From the NCBI GenBank assembly GCA_963664405.1, contig OY761158.1, positions 6,528,001 to 6,592,000 on the forward strand: DNA of 64,000 bases. Direction: 5' to 3'. The stretch comes from Thermoanaerobaculia bacterium. Lineage in GTDB: Bacteria > Acidobacteriota > Thermoanaerobaculia > Multivoradales > Multivoraceae. This document shows positions 30,314 to 40,955 of the stretch, in pieces. The stretch's first letter is position 1. Each line of letters opens with the position of its first letter. A program made the translations under genes and the position numbers. Below the pieces are notes generated by a model, which worked only from the letters and a program-made list of their open reading frames with translations, was not told the DNA's origin and did not search any database.

Positions 30314-31027
30314 TCAGCGGTAGGTAACGTCGGGGTATAGGAGCGAGATCGAGACTTGGTCGATGAGGCCGAAGAAGTTGGGGAAGACTTGCCAGGCGAT
30401 GAGGATGCCCATCCATCCGATCATCGGTTGGCTGAGCATCTTTTGTAGGGCCCGCGCCGCGTCATCGCTCATCAGTAGCTGAATCGCGGCACTACCGTCC
30501 ATCGGTGGCAGCGGTAGCAGGTTGAAAGTGAAGAGAAGTAGATTGAGGCTGAAGAGAATGCTCAGCACGGTGCCCACCCCCTCGACCCCTCCCATGCCGC
30601 CCGCAGCAGCGACGAGGTGGGCTCGGCTGAGCATGTCTGGCGGCGTGAACATGCCGGCGACGAGACCTACCCGAATGAGACCGCCGGCCGCGATCACCAG
30701 CAGCAGATTCGCCGCCGGGCCCCCGAGGGCCATGATCGCGGCGCGTTTGGGATGGCGATGCGCCCACGAGGGGTCGTAGGGTGCGCTTGCCCACCCGATC
30801 ATCCAGCCGCCGATGAAAAAGGAGAGCAACGGTACCAGCAACATGCCGACAGGCTCTCGCCGCACGTGGGGAAGCGGGTTCAGAGAGACCTGTCCTCCTC
30901 GATAAGCCGTGGGATCGCCGAGGCGCAAGGCCAAGAAGGCGTGTGAGGCCTCGTGAAGAGTGGTCGAGAATAGGAAGACCACCAACCAGGCCAAGGCCAT
31001 GAGTAGCTGATCAGGAGCGATATCCAC
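30314..31027 (-). CDS. Site-2 protease (M50) family
   Basis: HEASH, GPAAN, FNLLPLPPMDG. Confidence 0.92.
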   Translation of the reverse strand: MDIAPDQLLMALAWLVVFLFSTTLHEASHAFLALRLGDPTAYRGGQVSLNPLPHVRREPVGMLLVPLLSFFIGGWMIGWASAPYDPSWAHRHPKRAAIMALGGPAANLLLVIAAGGLIRVGLVAGMFTPPDMLSRAHLVAAAGGMGGVEGVGTVLSILFSLNLLLFTFNLLPLPPMDGSAAIQLLMSDDAARALQKMLSQPMIGWMGILIAWQVFPNFFGLIDQVSISLLYPDVTYR

Positions 31028-31130
31028 GCTCTGTTTCTAGCACACCGTCCGCCGTGCCTGCTGCAGACGTATAATCATCAGAGGGCGGCGACTGGGCTGC
31101 CCGAAACATCCGACTCCCGCTGCGTTTCCG

Positions 31131-31955
31131 ATGAATATATACAAGGTGCTTCCCGATCTCGCCAACCGGAAGCAGATGTCTCTGTGGCACAAGGCCCTGC
31201 GAGCACAGTGGTCGGCCGAGGATGTCGACTGGAGCGCGCCGCGGGGGATTCGCTCCGATGGACTCCGAGATCGCTTTGCGAGGATATTGACTCCTGTGCT
31301 GATGGGGGAGCAGAGCGCTCTTTATTCGGTGAGCTCTCTGATCCCGATCCTCGGCCACCGAAGTGAAGTCGAGGGGCAGATGTACCTCACCACCTGGGCG
31401 GTCGACGAAGCCCGCCACACCGAGCTCTTTGCTCGCTTTTACGGGCGTCTGGAGCGGGAGCCGATGTCGATCCGGCGTTTCCCCGCCGGCTACCTCTTCC
31501 AGAGCAAGATTGCCTCCAAGGAACCGGCTGAGTGGTTGTCGGGAGTCCTGGTCAGCGAGGTCCTAGCGAAGTTGGTGATGGAAGAGTTCTGCCGTCTCGA
31601 CCTCGATCCGGTGCTCAGCGAGATCAGTCAAGGCATCCTCGAAGACGAAGCACGACATTTGGGCTTCAACCAACTCTATCTGCGGCAGCGCTTTTCCCGC
31701 CTCTACAATACCGACGAGAGAGCTGCTGAGGATCTCGCCTCTCACCTCCACCAGCATCGCACCGGCATACTGGACTTCGTCCCACCGGTGTTCGCGGCGC
31801 TGAAAGAGGAGTTGGCCGAGGTCGGCATCGACACCGAGGTCCTTTTCTCCAAGCTCTGTTCGGAGACTGAGGAGCGGCTCGAACAATCCATTCGTCGCGG
31901 CCGGAGCACCGCGGGCGTCGGCGAGGATGCGAGCGTCGCGCCCGTTGCCGGCTGA
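31131..31955 (+). CDS. Ferritin-like diiron protein (AurF/R2-like)
   Basis: GEQSAL, DEARH, SEVLA, DEARH diiron ligand pattern. Confidence 0.8.
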   Translation: MNIYKVLPDLANRKQMSLWHKALRAQWSAEDVDWSAPRGIRSDGLRDRFARILTPVLMGEQSALYSVSSLIPILGHRSEVEGQMYLTTWAVDEARHTELFARFYGRLEREPMSIRRFPAGYLFQSKIASKEPAEWLSGVLVSEVLAKLVMEEFCRLDLDPVLSEISQGILEDEARHLGFNQLYLRQRFSRLYNTDERAAEDLASHLHQHRTGILDFVPPVFAALKEELAEVGIDTEVLFSKLCSETEERLEQSIRRGRSTAGVGEDASVAPVAG

Positions 31956-33144
31956 CTCCTCGTCGCTTCCGGCGTTTGATCCTCGGCCCGGGCAGCGCCC
32001 AGGCCTTTACCTTCACGTTCCTTTCTGCTCGAGTATCTGTCCCTACTGCGATTTTGCTGTCCTCCGTGACGGCAAGGCCGCTCGCTCGCGCTTCGTGGCC
32101 AACCTGCTCCAGGAGGTGGACGCTTGGGGCGGGGGGGGAGGAGGCTTCGACACCCTCTATTTGGGTGGCGGCACTCCCTCTCTCCTCGAGCGTTCGCAAC
32201 TGGAGACGATTTTGGAAGCGGTGCGGCGGAACCTAGGTATGGGGCCCGACGCCTTCGTCGTTCTCGAGGCGAATCCCGAGGATGTGACTCGAGAGAGTGC
32301 TCAGAGCTGGCGGGCGCTTGGAGTGAACGGGGTCAGCTTGGGTGTCCAGTCGTTCCGCCCTGGTGCTCTGCGTTTCTTGGGTCGAAAGCACGATCCCCGG
32401 CGTGCGCGAGAGGCTGTCATCGAGCTGCTCGATACGGGGTTCGAGTGGATTTCGATCGATCTCATCTACGGCCTTCCGGCGCGGCTCGAGTCCTCCGGCC
32501 CTTCCTTCGAAGCCGATCTGGCGGAGGCGATTGCTCTCGAGCCCCATCATCTCTCTTGCTATCAGCTGACCGTACACAGCGGCACTCCCTTCGATCGTCT
32601 ACGCAGTCGAGGTGGCCTCGTCGAGCTCGGGGCAGACGATCAAGCCGAGGCGCTGGTGCTGACACACGAGATCCTTGCAGAGGCCGGCTACCAAGCCTAT
32701 GAGGTCTCCAGCTTTGCTCGAGAAACGGAGCATCGCTCCCGGCACAACCAGAAATATTGGGATCATACTCCTTACCTCGGTCTGGGCCCGAGTGCTCACT
32801 CCTTCGACGGAGTGAGGCGATGGTGGAACGAGCGTTCGCTCGATGCTTGGGAGTCCAGACTTCTTGCCGGCCTCAGACCGATCGGCGGAAAAGAGACTCT
32901 TTCAGCAGGTGATCTGGCGCTGGAGGCCGTGATGTTTGGTCTGCGGACCGCCGGCGGACTGGATCTCGATTCTCTCGCCGCCGACTTCGGTATCGACCTG
33001 CTGGCGCTCAACGAGGCGAGGGTAGAGCGATACTCGAGCGAAGGCCTTCTGGTGATCTCTGAAGGGTTGCTGCGCCCGACCCGGAGGGGAATGGCGGTGG
33101 CGGACGGGCTTGCCGCCTCCCTACGGCTGGAGCCCGGAGGATGA
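31927..33144 (+). CDS. hemW: Radical SAM heme chaperone HemW (HemN-like)
   Basis: LYLHVPFCSSICPYCDF, GGGTPS, YEVSSFA, HNQKYW. Confidence 0.9.
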   Translation: MRASRPLPADSSSLPAFDPRPGQRPGLYLHVPFCSSICPYCDFAVLRDGKAARSRFVANLLQEVDAWGGGGGGFDTLYLGGGTPSLLERSQLETILEAVRRNLGMGPDAFVVLEANPEDVTRESAQSWRALGVNGVSLGVQSFRPGALRFLGRKHDPRRAREAVIELLDTGFEWISIDLIYGLPARLESSGPSFEADLAEAIALEPHHLSCYQLTVHSGTPFDRLRSRGGLVELGADDQAEALVLTHEILAEAGYQAYEVSSFARETEHRSRHNQKYWDHTPYLGLGPSAHSFDGVRRWWNERSLDAWESRLLAGLRPIGGKETLSAGDLALEAVMFGLRTAGGLDLDSLAADFGIDLLALNEARVERYSSEGLLVISEGLLRPTRRGMAVADGLAASLRLEPGG

Positions 33145-33213
33145 TGCCTGGAGAGGTGGCTGTTCAGGCGCCGGTAAACGAGACCGGACAGCTGGCCGGG
33201 AGCAGTGGAGCCG

Positions 33214-35430
33214 TCATTGGCAGAGCCACTCTCGCAGTCGCGTCCAGCGGGCCTGTTGGCCGCGTCCGCGTATTGCTATGCCGAGGGCTCTTCGCTCGCC
33301 AAGAAGCACAACGAGACGCTGGCCGCGGGTGAGGCCGGTGTAGAGCAAGTTCCTCTGCAACATCACATAATGCTGGGTCGTCAGGGGGATTACGACCGCC
33401 GGGTATTCGGAGCCCTGTGACTTGTGGATGGTGATCGCATAGGCGAGGCTGAGCTGGTCGAGCTCACCGAAGTCGTAGCTCACTCTGCGCCGGTCGAAGA
33501 GAATCTCCATCTCTTGTTCGTCGAGGTCGATCCGGACCACGGAGCCGAGGTCGCCGTTGAAGACTTCCTTGTCGTAGTCGTTCTCGGTCTGCATCACCTT
33601 GTCTCCCGGACGGAAGCTCCAACCGAAACGCTCGACCGAGGCGTCGCCCTTGCTGGGGTTGAGGGCCTCTTGAAGGCTGAGATTGAGGGCCTTCGCGCCA
33701 AGCGGCCCCCGATTCATTGGCGACAGTACTTGGATGTCGCGTATCGGATGGAGCCCGAAACGGCGCGGAATGCGGTCCCTCACCATCCGTACCAGCTTGT
33801 CGACCGCGTCTTCCGCCGAAGCCGCATCTACGAAGAAGAAGTCCTGCGCTGGGTCGCCTTCAGAGGCCTGGAGCAGAGGCATCTCGCCACGGTTGACCCG
33901 ATGGGCGTTGGTGATGATGTTGCTCTGTGCGGCCTGACGGAAGATCTCGACCAAGTGGGCAACGGGGAAGACGCCTGAGCTCATGACATCTTCCAGAACC
34001 TTGCCTGGTCCCACCGAGGGGAGCTGGTCCGCGTCACCTATGAGGAGGATCGCCGCGTGCGACGGCACTGCGCCCAGGAGAATGTCGAACAGAGTCACAT
34101 CGACCATGGAGGTCTCGTCGATGATGAGTAGATCGCATTCCAGCAGATTGTCGGGCCCCCGGCGGAACCCTCTGGGGCCTGCCTCGAGGAGTCGATGGAT
34201 GGTCTTGGCTTCCATTCCGGTGCTCTCCGCAAGGCGTTTTGCCGCTCGACCGGTCGGAGCACAGAGAGCCGCGGTGACCCCGCGTGCGAGTAGGATGCGC
34301 AGCAGCGCCCTCACCAGAGTCGTCTTGCCTACCCCGGGGCCGCCGGTGATGACGCCGACCTTCGCCGAGAGGATGGTGACGAGGGCATGACGTTGACTGG
34401 TGGGCAGGGAGATCCCGAGCTGCTCCTCGACCCAGGGCAGAGCACGGCCGGCGTCGATCGCCGTCCACGGAGGGCTGCCGCGACCCAGCTCCCGCAGCCG
34501 GATGGCGATGCTGTTCTCCGCCTGCCACAAAGAAGGTAGAAAGGTGCAGGGCTCGCCTCCGATGCTGTCTGCGACGAGATCGCCGTTGTCGAGCTCGGTG
34601 ACGAGGGCTTGCTCGAGGATGGTCGCCGGGATCTCGAGCAGCTCGGTCGCCGTTTCCAGTAGCCGCTCGCGTGGCAGACCGCAGTGTCCCTGGCCCGTGG
34701 CTTCGGACAGAACCCACGAAAGGCCTGCCCGGGCACGTTGTGGAGAATCCTTGGCGATGCCCAACTTTGCGGCGATCTGGTCCGCCACCTTGAAGCCGAT
34801 GCCGCGGATATCACGGGCGAGTCGATAGGGGTCCTCGCTGACCAGAGGGACCGCGTCAGCACCGTAGGTCTTGAAGATTCGGACAGCGCGTGAAGTGCCG
34901 ATGCCGTGAGATTGGAGGAAAACCATGATCTCGCGGATCGATCGCTGCTCGGCCCAGCTCGAAGTGATGCGCTTGGCCCTCTTTGGCCCAATACCTTCGA
35001 CCTCGCGCAGGCGCTTTGGCTGGTCCTCGATGACCTCGAAGACCTCTTCCCCGAAAGCGGCCACGAGTCGCTCCGCGTAGGTCGGACCAATGCCCTTGAT
35101 CAAGCCGGAACCGAGGTATCGCTCCATGCCCTCGAGCGAGCTCGGGGGGGTGATCTGGAGATAGCGTGCTCGAAACTGAACGCCGTGGTCGCGACTGTTT
35201 TCCCAGTTTCCGCTCGCTTGCACGAACTCACCGGCGGTGACTGCCGGAGTGAGGCCGATGAGCGTGGTGAGGCCGGGCCTCCCCTTCACTCGGAGGCGCA
35301 GTACGGCAAAACCGGTATCCGGGTTGTGAAAGCTGACCCTTTCGACAAGTCCCGAGAGCGGGACGCGGCTGTCGGTCTGCGCGGGGGAGGTATCGGTGTT
35401 CCTACGCAAGGTGTTGCCGGCTCGATTCAA
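33214..35430 (-). CDS. recD2: ATP-dependent RecD2-like DNA helicase
   Basis: HhH repeats, GGPGVGKTT, IIDETSM, QLPSVG, AYAITIHKSQGSE. Confidence 0.95.
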   Translation of the reverse strand: MNRAGNTLRRNTDTSPAQTDSRVPLSGLVERVSFHNPDTGFAVLRLRVKGRPGLTTLIGLTPAVTAGEFVQASGNWENSRDHGVQFRARYLQITPPSSLEGMERYLGSGLIKGIGPTYAERLVAAFGEEVFEVIEDQPKRLREVEGIGPKRAKRITSSWAEQRSIREIMVFLQSHGIGTSRAVRIFKTYGADAVPLVSEDPYRLARDIRGIGFKVADQIAAKLGIAKDSPQRARAGLSWVLSEATGQGHCGLPRERLLETATELLEIPATILEQALVTELDNGDLVADSIGGEPCTFLPSLWQAENSIAIRLRELGRGSPPWTAIDAGRALPWVEEQLGISLPTSQRHALVTILSAKVGVITGGPGVGKTTLVRALLRILLARGVTAALCAPTGRAAKRLAESTGMEAKTIHRLLEAGPRGFRRGPDNLLECDLLIIDETSMVDVTLFDILLGAVPSHAAILLIGDADQLPSVGPGKVLEDVMSSGVFPVAHLVEIFRQAAQSNIITNAHRVNRGEMPLLQASEGDPAQDFFFVDAASAEDAVDKLVRMVRDRIPRRFGLHPIRDIQVLSPMNRGPLGAKALNLSLQEALNPSKGDASVERFGWSFRPGDKVMQTENDYDKEVFNGDLGSVVRIDLDEQEMEILFDRRRVSYDFGELDQLSLAYAITIHKSQGSEYPAVVIPLTTQHYVMLQRNLLYTGLTRGQRLVVLLGERRALGIAIRGRGQQARWTRLREWLCQ

Positions 35431-35569
35431 TCACGAAAGCAGCTGCGTCCGACGGTGTAGCTGTTTCAAAGCGATCTTTGGTGCTACAATACGTAATTCG
35501 ACATATTTCGAATCGACGATTCAGTTCAGTATCCCAACTGCGTCTCGTCATCAGCCTGCGGAGAACAAG

Positions 35570-37753
35570 ATGAGCGGAAAGCACACGAACCGGCAATTCG
35601 ACCAGGTAGTTCTCGTTTCCGTCCCCAAAAAGTTGGAGCAGAAGATCGCTCCAGCGCTCGAGGCGAGCCTGGGTGAGATCGATCTGCTGCACCTCGAAAG
35701 CGCAGAACTTTCGAACGGTCTTCCGGACCTTAGCCGTTCGCTCGTGGTGGTGCCGCATGGACTGGACAACACCGACGGAGTGGCGATCATCGAGGGACTG
35801 CGGCAGCGAGAGGTGAGGTCGCCGGTCCTTCTGCTTGCCGCCGACCCGAATGGATTGGCTGCTGAGACCGTCGCGGGCCTAGGATCCGTGACCGCGTTTC
35901 CCGCCGCGGGTTTCAAGAAGGAGGCTCTCGAGAACTGCCTGCTTGCGTTCGAAGGTCCAGCGGAAGTCGTCTCGAATGACTCCGATGGTGAAGCCGAAGT
36001 CGCGGCTAAAGCCGAAGGGGCCAAGGCCAAAGGTGTAGCTGAAGTGGAATCTGAAGCTGCGACGGAGGGCAAGAAGAAACAGGGCTCCGAGCCGACGATG
36101 GATTTGGAGCTCAAGGGCCTCCAAGAGGTCGACGATGAAGAGGAGATGTATCTCAAGGAGATCGAGACCCTTCGCGTCCGACGCAAGAAGGAGATGAAGA
36201 CTCTCGAGCGCGATCTCCAGGGGCTGCAGCGGAAGCTGAAGGGTGTAGAGAAGCGCCTTGCCAGCTCGCAGGAAGCACTGGGCGTCGAGAAGCGCCAGCG
36301 TTGGGAAGTCGTACTGGATCTCCGCGAGAGCCAGGAGCGCGTGACGGAGGTGGAGGAGCGTCTCAAGAGTGCGCGGGATGCAGAGAGCGAAAACCAGAAG
36401 GAGCTCGATGCGCTTCAGCTCGAGCAGAAGAAGCGTGAGAACGAAGTCGCCTCCATAACCAAGCAGAGGGCTGCCGTCGAGAAGAAACTCGAGCAGGCGC
36501 TGAGTAGGTTCGAGCGCGATAAGGAAAAGGCAAGTGGCCAGGTCGAAGCGTTGACCGCGGAGCTTGCGGCGGCAAGGTCGACGGAGGAAAGCTCCAAGGC
36601 CGCGGCGGCCGAAGGACTTACCAAGGTCAAAGAAGAACTGGAGGTCGCCCGCCGCGAGCTCGACGACCAGTGTGAAGACCTTGTTGGGCTCCGAGATGCC
36701 AAGGATCTACACGAAGAGGAGCTGGCGGATCTCGAGAAGAGCCTTCGTGAGGCGAAGAATGAGACCACCAAGAACGCCGCGACGTTCGAGAAGGAGGCCC
36801 AGGAGCTTCGAGTACGCCTCGAGGCGGCGGCGCAGAAGAGCGAGGGGCGTCTCGCCGAGCTGGATGCAACCCTGAGCGACACTCAGAAGGAGCTGGCGGC
36901 CCGCATCGACGAGGTCGAGCTATTCGTCGAGGAGCGAGAGAAGGTCGCGGACCAGCTCAAGTCGGTGCAGAAGGAGAGTGACGATTCACAGGCCTGGGCT
37001 GCCGAGCTCGAGACCGAGACCGAGCGGCTGCGCTCCGAGGTCGAGGCCTCGAGCCAAGAAGGTGCGAGTCGGATCGCCGAGGTCCGAGACGAGCTCGAAA
37101 GCGCGGGCGCTGCTAAGTTGGCGGCTGCTGAGAAAGATCTCCTTGCGGCGAGGGGCCAGCTCGAAGGTGCTTTGGAGGAGAGGTCGCGGGCCGACAAGCT
37201 CCAGAAGCAGGTCGATTCACTGTTAGCCGAGCTTGCTGATCACGAAGAGGAGGCGGCTCGTGTGAAGGGAGGCCGGGACGCGGCGGAGGTCGAGCTCGAG
37301 GAACTGAGATCGAGTGTTGCCACCGCTAGGGAAGAGGTGCTTGCTCACGTCGCCGAGCTCAAGGAGCAGCGAGCTGAATCCAAGCGTGCGGCGCGCGAGG
37401 CACAAGAGAAGTCCGAGACGCTGACGCGTCAGGTGAGCTCGATGAAGGCCAAGGTGGTCGATCTCGAGGTTGCTCGCGAGGAGGACTCGGAGCGAGTGCG
37501 GGACCTGGCCCCAGCTGCCGGCGCTGCGGCTCCGATCAACGGGTCAGACGAGATTGGCGCTGAGAGGGATCGGCTCAAGACCGAGCTCGACGCACTGCGG
37601 ATCGACGCCGAGAACACACGGCGGGCCCTTGCTGACTCGGACGCGCGTCTGCGCAAGCTTCAGCAAGAGACGCCGAGCGCCGCGGTCGACGCCAAGTCCG
37701 GCGACGCCGCTATTCAGCAATTGAGAGCCGAACTGGGCTCGCTGGGGGACTAG
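35570..37753 (+). CDS. Pseudo-receiver domain plus long coiled-coil protein
   Basis: N-terminal DGVAIIEGLR...SPVLLL (CheY-like); over 500 aa of E/K/L heptads; GGAG RBS. Confidence 0.75.
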   Translation: MSGKHTNRQFDQVVLVSVPKKLEQKIAPALEASLGEIDLLHLESAELSNGLPDLSRSLVVVPHGLDNTDGVAIIEGLRQREVRSPVLLLAADPNGLAAETVAGLGSVTAFPAAGFKKEALENCLLAFEGPAEVVSNDSDGEAEVAAKAEGAKAKGVAEVESEAATEGKKKQGSEPTMDLELKGLQEVDDEEEMYLKEIETLRVRRKKEMKTLERDLQGLQRKLKGVEKRLASSQEALGVEKRQRWEVVLDLRESQERVTEVEERLKSARDAESENQKELDALQLEQKKRENEVASITKQRAAVEKKLEQALSRFERDKEKASGQVEALTAELAAARSTEESSKAAAAEGLTKVKEELEVARRELDDQCEDLVGLRDAKDLHEEELADLEKSLREAKNETTKNAATFEKEAQELRVRLEAAAQKSEGRLAELDATLSDTQKELAARIDEVELFVEEREKVADQLKSVQKESDDSQAWAAELETETERLRSEVEASSQEGASRIAEVRDELESAGAAKLAAAEKDLLAARGQLEGALEERSRADKLQKQVDSLLAELADHEEEAARVKGGRDAAEVELEELRSSVATAREEVLAHVAELKEQRAESKRAAREAQEKSETLTRQVSSMKAKVVDLEVAREEDSERVRDLAPAAGAAAPINGSDEIGAERDRLKTELDALRIDAENTRRALADSDARLRKLQQETPSAAVDAKSGDAAIQQLRAELGSLGD

Positions 37754-37754
37754 G

Positions 37755-37921
37755 CTAGACCAGCGTTTCCAAAGTCGCGCTACAATAGCTCGCGGTCATT
37801 CTGTTCGCTGGCAAGGCGCGCCGACGTAGGCATATTGGGGAATATGTCGAGGAGGCGCAACGCCGCCAGCGGGGCAGAACGGGTCGAGATATGTAGCGCT
37901 ACTTTGGAAACGCTGGTCTAG
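37755..37921. repeat. CTAG-bounded MITE, copy 3 (inverted, diverged)
   Basis: TIR CTAGACCAGCGTTTCCAAAGT; lies between convergent stop codons. Confidence 0.88.
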
Positions 37922-38568
37922 TCCTCGAGGAAGTTCAGAAACTCTTCTTGGAGGAGGCGGTGAAAGGCCTCCAGGCGCCGTGGCTGCGGTGGACCCTTCT
38001 GCGCCTCGACAATGAGCACATGAGGTAGGTCCGGGCGGTCCTCGTAAGTGTCGTGCTGCTCCACGCCCTGAAACACCGGGTGGGAGCTCTCTCCGTAGCG
38101 GCACCAACTGAGGTCCACGAAGCCGCAGGCTTCGAGTGCCTCGTCAAGTAGGGGCCGGTTCCAAAGGAAGCGGTGTCGCCAGCCATGGAAGGCGCGGTTG
38201 AGTCGGATGCCGTCGAGCCGCTTCGAAGTCGGATCCTTGGGGTGGCTCGAGTAGTGGGTCTCCCACACCCAATCGAGGTTGGGTGTCGAGAGACGGAGGA
38301 GTCCGCCTGAAGCGAGGTTATTGCGCACGTCGCACAGCAAGGAGACTGCGTCGGCGAGATCGAGGTGCTCGAGGAAGTGCTCAGCAAAGACAGCCTCGAC
38401 GCCGGTGAAGTGGAGACCTCTTGTCACGTCGACGACGTGGTCGACGCCGGGTAGGTCCTGGCTGTCGAGATTGAGCCATCCTGGAAAGTGCTCCCGACCG
38501 CAGCCGATGTGGAGCCGCGGAGGGTCGGGTACTCCCCAAGCGCTTGCTGTCTCTGCGCCGTGGCTCAT
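37918..38568 (-). CDS. Methyltransferase-domain protein
   Basis: RLHIGCG, GWLNLD, AEHFLEHL, LRLSTPNL. Confidence 0.85.
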   Translation of the reverse strand: MSHGAETASAWGVPDPPRLHIGCGREHFPGWLNLDSQDLPGVDHVVDVTRGLHFTGVEAVFAEHFLEHLDLADAVSLLCDVRNNLASGGLLRLSTPNLDWVWETHYSSHPKDPTSKRLDGIRLNRAFHGWRHRFLWNRPLLDEALEACGFVDLSWCRYGESSHPVFQGVEQHDTYEDRPDLPHVLIVEAQKGPPQPRRLEAFHRLLQEEFLNFLED

Positions 38569-38660
38569 GGGGACACATTGTCTCTCATTGTGGGAGTGAG
38601 AGGGGCTCGCCGAGGGAGAAAGTTGACAAGGCGGATAAAGCCAGAGAAGATGGTTATCGC

Positions 38661-38681
38661 TATTGAGACTCTTTCTCAATA
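38661..38681. promoter_or_regulatory. Fur-box-like palindrome upstream of TonB receptor
   Basis: TATTGAGACTCTTTCTCAATA; TTGACA at 38623. Confidence 0.6.
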
Positions 38682-38699
38682 AGCCCGCGTGAAGCTCCC

Positions 38700-40946
38700 A
38701 TGACTGCTACAGCCCTCTTCATTCTGGCCTCCATTCGAATTCTCGCAGCTGCAGCCACGGGAAGCGAACCGGGAGTCTCGAGCACGGCCGAGGCGGCAGC
38801 GTCGGAGGCTGCCGTTGTGGACTCGCGAGCTGCCGAATTCAGGCTCGCCGAGCTGGTGACGGTCGTAGGTACACCCGAAAAGATGTCCCACATTCCCGGC
38901 ACGGCTCATGTCATTTCCTTGGAAGAGCTGAGAGAGCAGCGCAATGACGATGTGCACCGCGTGCTGCAGAGTATTCCCGGCGTCAACCTCCAAGAGGAGG
39001 ACGGGTATGGCTTCCGGCCCAATATCGGCATGCGAGGCACCGGAGTCGAGCGCAGTCAGAAGATAACCTTGATGGAGGACGGTGTCCTGATCGCACCCGC
39101 TCCGTACTCCGCACCGGCTGCCTACTACTTTCCCACTGTGAGTCGGATGGAGGGAGTCGAGGTCCGCAAGGGGTCGGCGGCGATCAAGCAGGGGCCCTAC
39201 ACCAACGGCGGCGCCATTAATCTCATTTCGGCCGCGATTCCCTCTTCTCTGGCCGCCAGTCTCGATGTCGCTCTTGGTGAAGACAGCACCGGTCGGGCGC
39301 AGGGCCAGGTAGGAGGTGCCACAGAGAGGTTCGGTTGGTTGTTTCAGACCTACCAGTTCGACACCGACGGGTTCAAGCGGCTCGACGGCGGCGGTGAAAC
39401 GGGTACCAAGATCGAAGACTATCTCGGCAAATTGCGTTTCAGCACCTCGGCGCGAGCCAAGGTCGCACAGAGTCTTGAGCTGAAATTGGGCAGGACCAAG
39501 CAAGACGGATTCGAGACCTATCTCGGCCTGACCGAGGAAGATTTCAGGCAAGATCCGTTTCGGCGCTACCGCGGGTCTTCGGAGGATCACTTCACAAGCG
39601 ACCACGAGCAGGTCCAAGTGCAGCACTTCGCGATGCTGAGCTCTCGCCTCGATCTGGTTTCGACCCTCTATCAGAACGACTTCTTTCGTGATTGGTTCAA
39701 GAATGAGAGCGTTCGCGGAGTTTCGAATGCTGAGGTGCTTTCGCGGCCCGCGGAGTTTCCGCTCGAGCTAGGCATCCTGCGCGGCGAGATCGACAGCGAT
39801 GGCGGTGATTTGCGGCTGCGCCATAACCGAAGAAGCTACGAGTCGCGGGGCATCAGCTCCGCACTTGGCCTGAGGATGAATTCCTTTGGCGCCGATCACC
39901 ATCTCGAGGTCGGGGTTCGCTATCACGAGGACGTTGAAGACCGATTTCAAGAAGAGGACCTCTTTAGCATGTTCGGAGGCTCGCTCGAGCTCGATGCTCT
40001 GGGCTTGCCCGGGAGCCAGAGTAATCGACTTGCGGGAGCGAACGCCTTCGCAGCCTTTGCCCAGGACCGCCTCTCCTGGAAACGGCTGAGCCTATTGCCC
40101 GGACTTCGCTACGAGTCGATTCGTTATCGCCGGCGGGACTTCTCCAAGTTGGACCCAACCCGCTCCGCGGGTGTTGTCGGGTATCGCGACAACCAGGTCG
40201 ACGTCTTCATCCCGGGCATTGGCCTAGCTGTCGACCTCGAGGGTGGGCATAGCGTTTTTGTTGGGGCCCACAGAGGCTTCTCGCCTCCGGGTGCGAGCTC
40301 TACCAAAGAGGTCGAGGAGGAGGAGAGCACCAATGTGGAGCTCGGTTACCGCTTTGGGCACAGCCGACTGCGTGCCGAGCTCACCGGTTTCTATAGTGAT
40401 TACTCGAATCTGCTGGGAACAGAGACCGTCGTTGGGGGCGGGGCCTCGACCGGCGAGATCTTCAACGGTGGTGCGGTGGAGGTGCAAGGGATCGAGGCCG
40501 CGTTTGACCGCCGCTTCCAGCTCGGTGGCGTCCAGCTTCCGCTTCGCCTCTCCTATACCTGGACCGTGGCGGAGTTTCAATCCAGCTTTTTCACCAGCTT
40601 TGCCGACTGGGGGCCGCACGTTGAGGCTGGAGATCGTGTGCCCTATATCCCCGAGAATCAGCTGCAGCTCTCACTCGGGGCCATCTCTCGTCTTTGGTCG
40701 GGCCACCTGACTACCAGTTACGCGGATGCGATGCGGACAAAGGCAGGGCGCGGTCTACTCGAGGGACAGGGGACGGACTCTAGGGTCGTTTTGGACCTGT
40801 TGGTGGAGCGGAAGCTTGCCAGGTTCAGCGTGTACGGGCAGCTGCGCAACCTGAGCGACGAAGTGTACATTGCCGCGCGGCGCCCCTATGGTGTTCGCCC
40901 GGGTCTTCCTCGCACTTTCCTCGCCGGCGTCTCCGTCGATTTCTGA
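38700..40946 (+). CDS. TonB-dependent receptor, FecA-like iron uptake
   Basis: EEDGYGFRPNIGMRG, ITLMEDGV, APAPY, C-terminal F. Confidence 0.92.
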   Translation: MTATALFILASIRILAAAATGSEPGVSSTAEAAASEAAVVDSRAAEFRLAELVTVVGTPEKMSHIPGTAHVISLEELREQRNDDVHRVLQSIPGVNLQEEDGYGFRPNIGMRGTGVERSQKITLMEDGVLIAPAPYSAPAAYYFPTVSRMEGVEVRKGSAAIKQGPYTNGGAINLISAAIPSSLAASLDVALGEDSTGRAQGQVGGATERFGWLFQTYQFDTDGFKRLDGGGETGTKIEDYLGKLRFSTSARAKVAQSLELKLGRTKQDGFETYLGLTEEDFRQDPFRRYRGSSEDHFTSDHEQVQVQHFAMLSSRLDLVSTLYQNDFFRDWFKNESVRGVSNAEVLSRPAEFPLELGILRGEIDSDGGDLRLRHNRRSYESRGISSALGLRMNSFGADHHLEVGVRYHEDVEDRFQEEDLFSMFGGSLELDALGLPGSQSNRLAGANAFAAFAQDRLSWKRLSLLPGLRYESIRYRRRDFSKLDPTRSAGVVGYRDNQVDVFIPGIGLAVDLEGGHSVFVGAHRGFSPPGASSTKEVEEEESTNVELGYRFGHSRLRAELTGFYSDYSNLLGTETVVGGGASTGEIFNGGAVEVQGIEAAFDRRFQLGGVQLPLRLSYTWTVAEFQSSFFTSFADWGPHVEAGDRVPYIPENQLQLSLGAISRLWSGHLTTSYADAMRTKAGRGLLEGQGTDSRVVLDLLVERKLARFSVYGQLRNLSDEVYIAARRPYGVRPGLPRTFLAGVSVDF

Positions 40947-40955
40947 TCGGCAGGC

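Noticed and set aside
35570-37753. SMC protein
   Set aside because: No Walker A/B motifs or hinge
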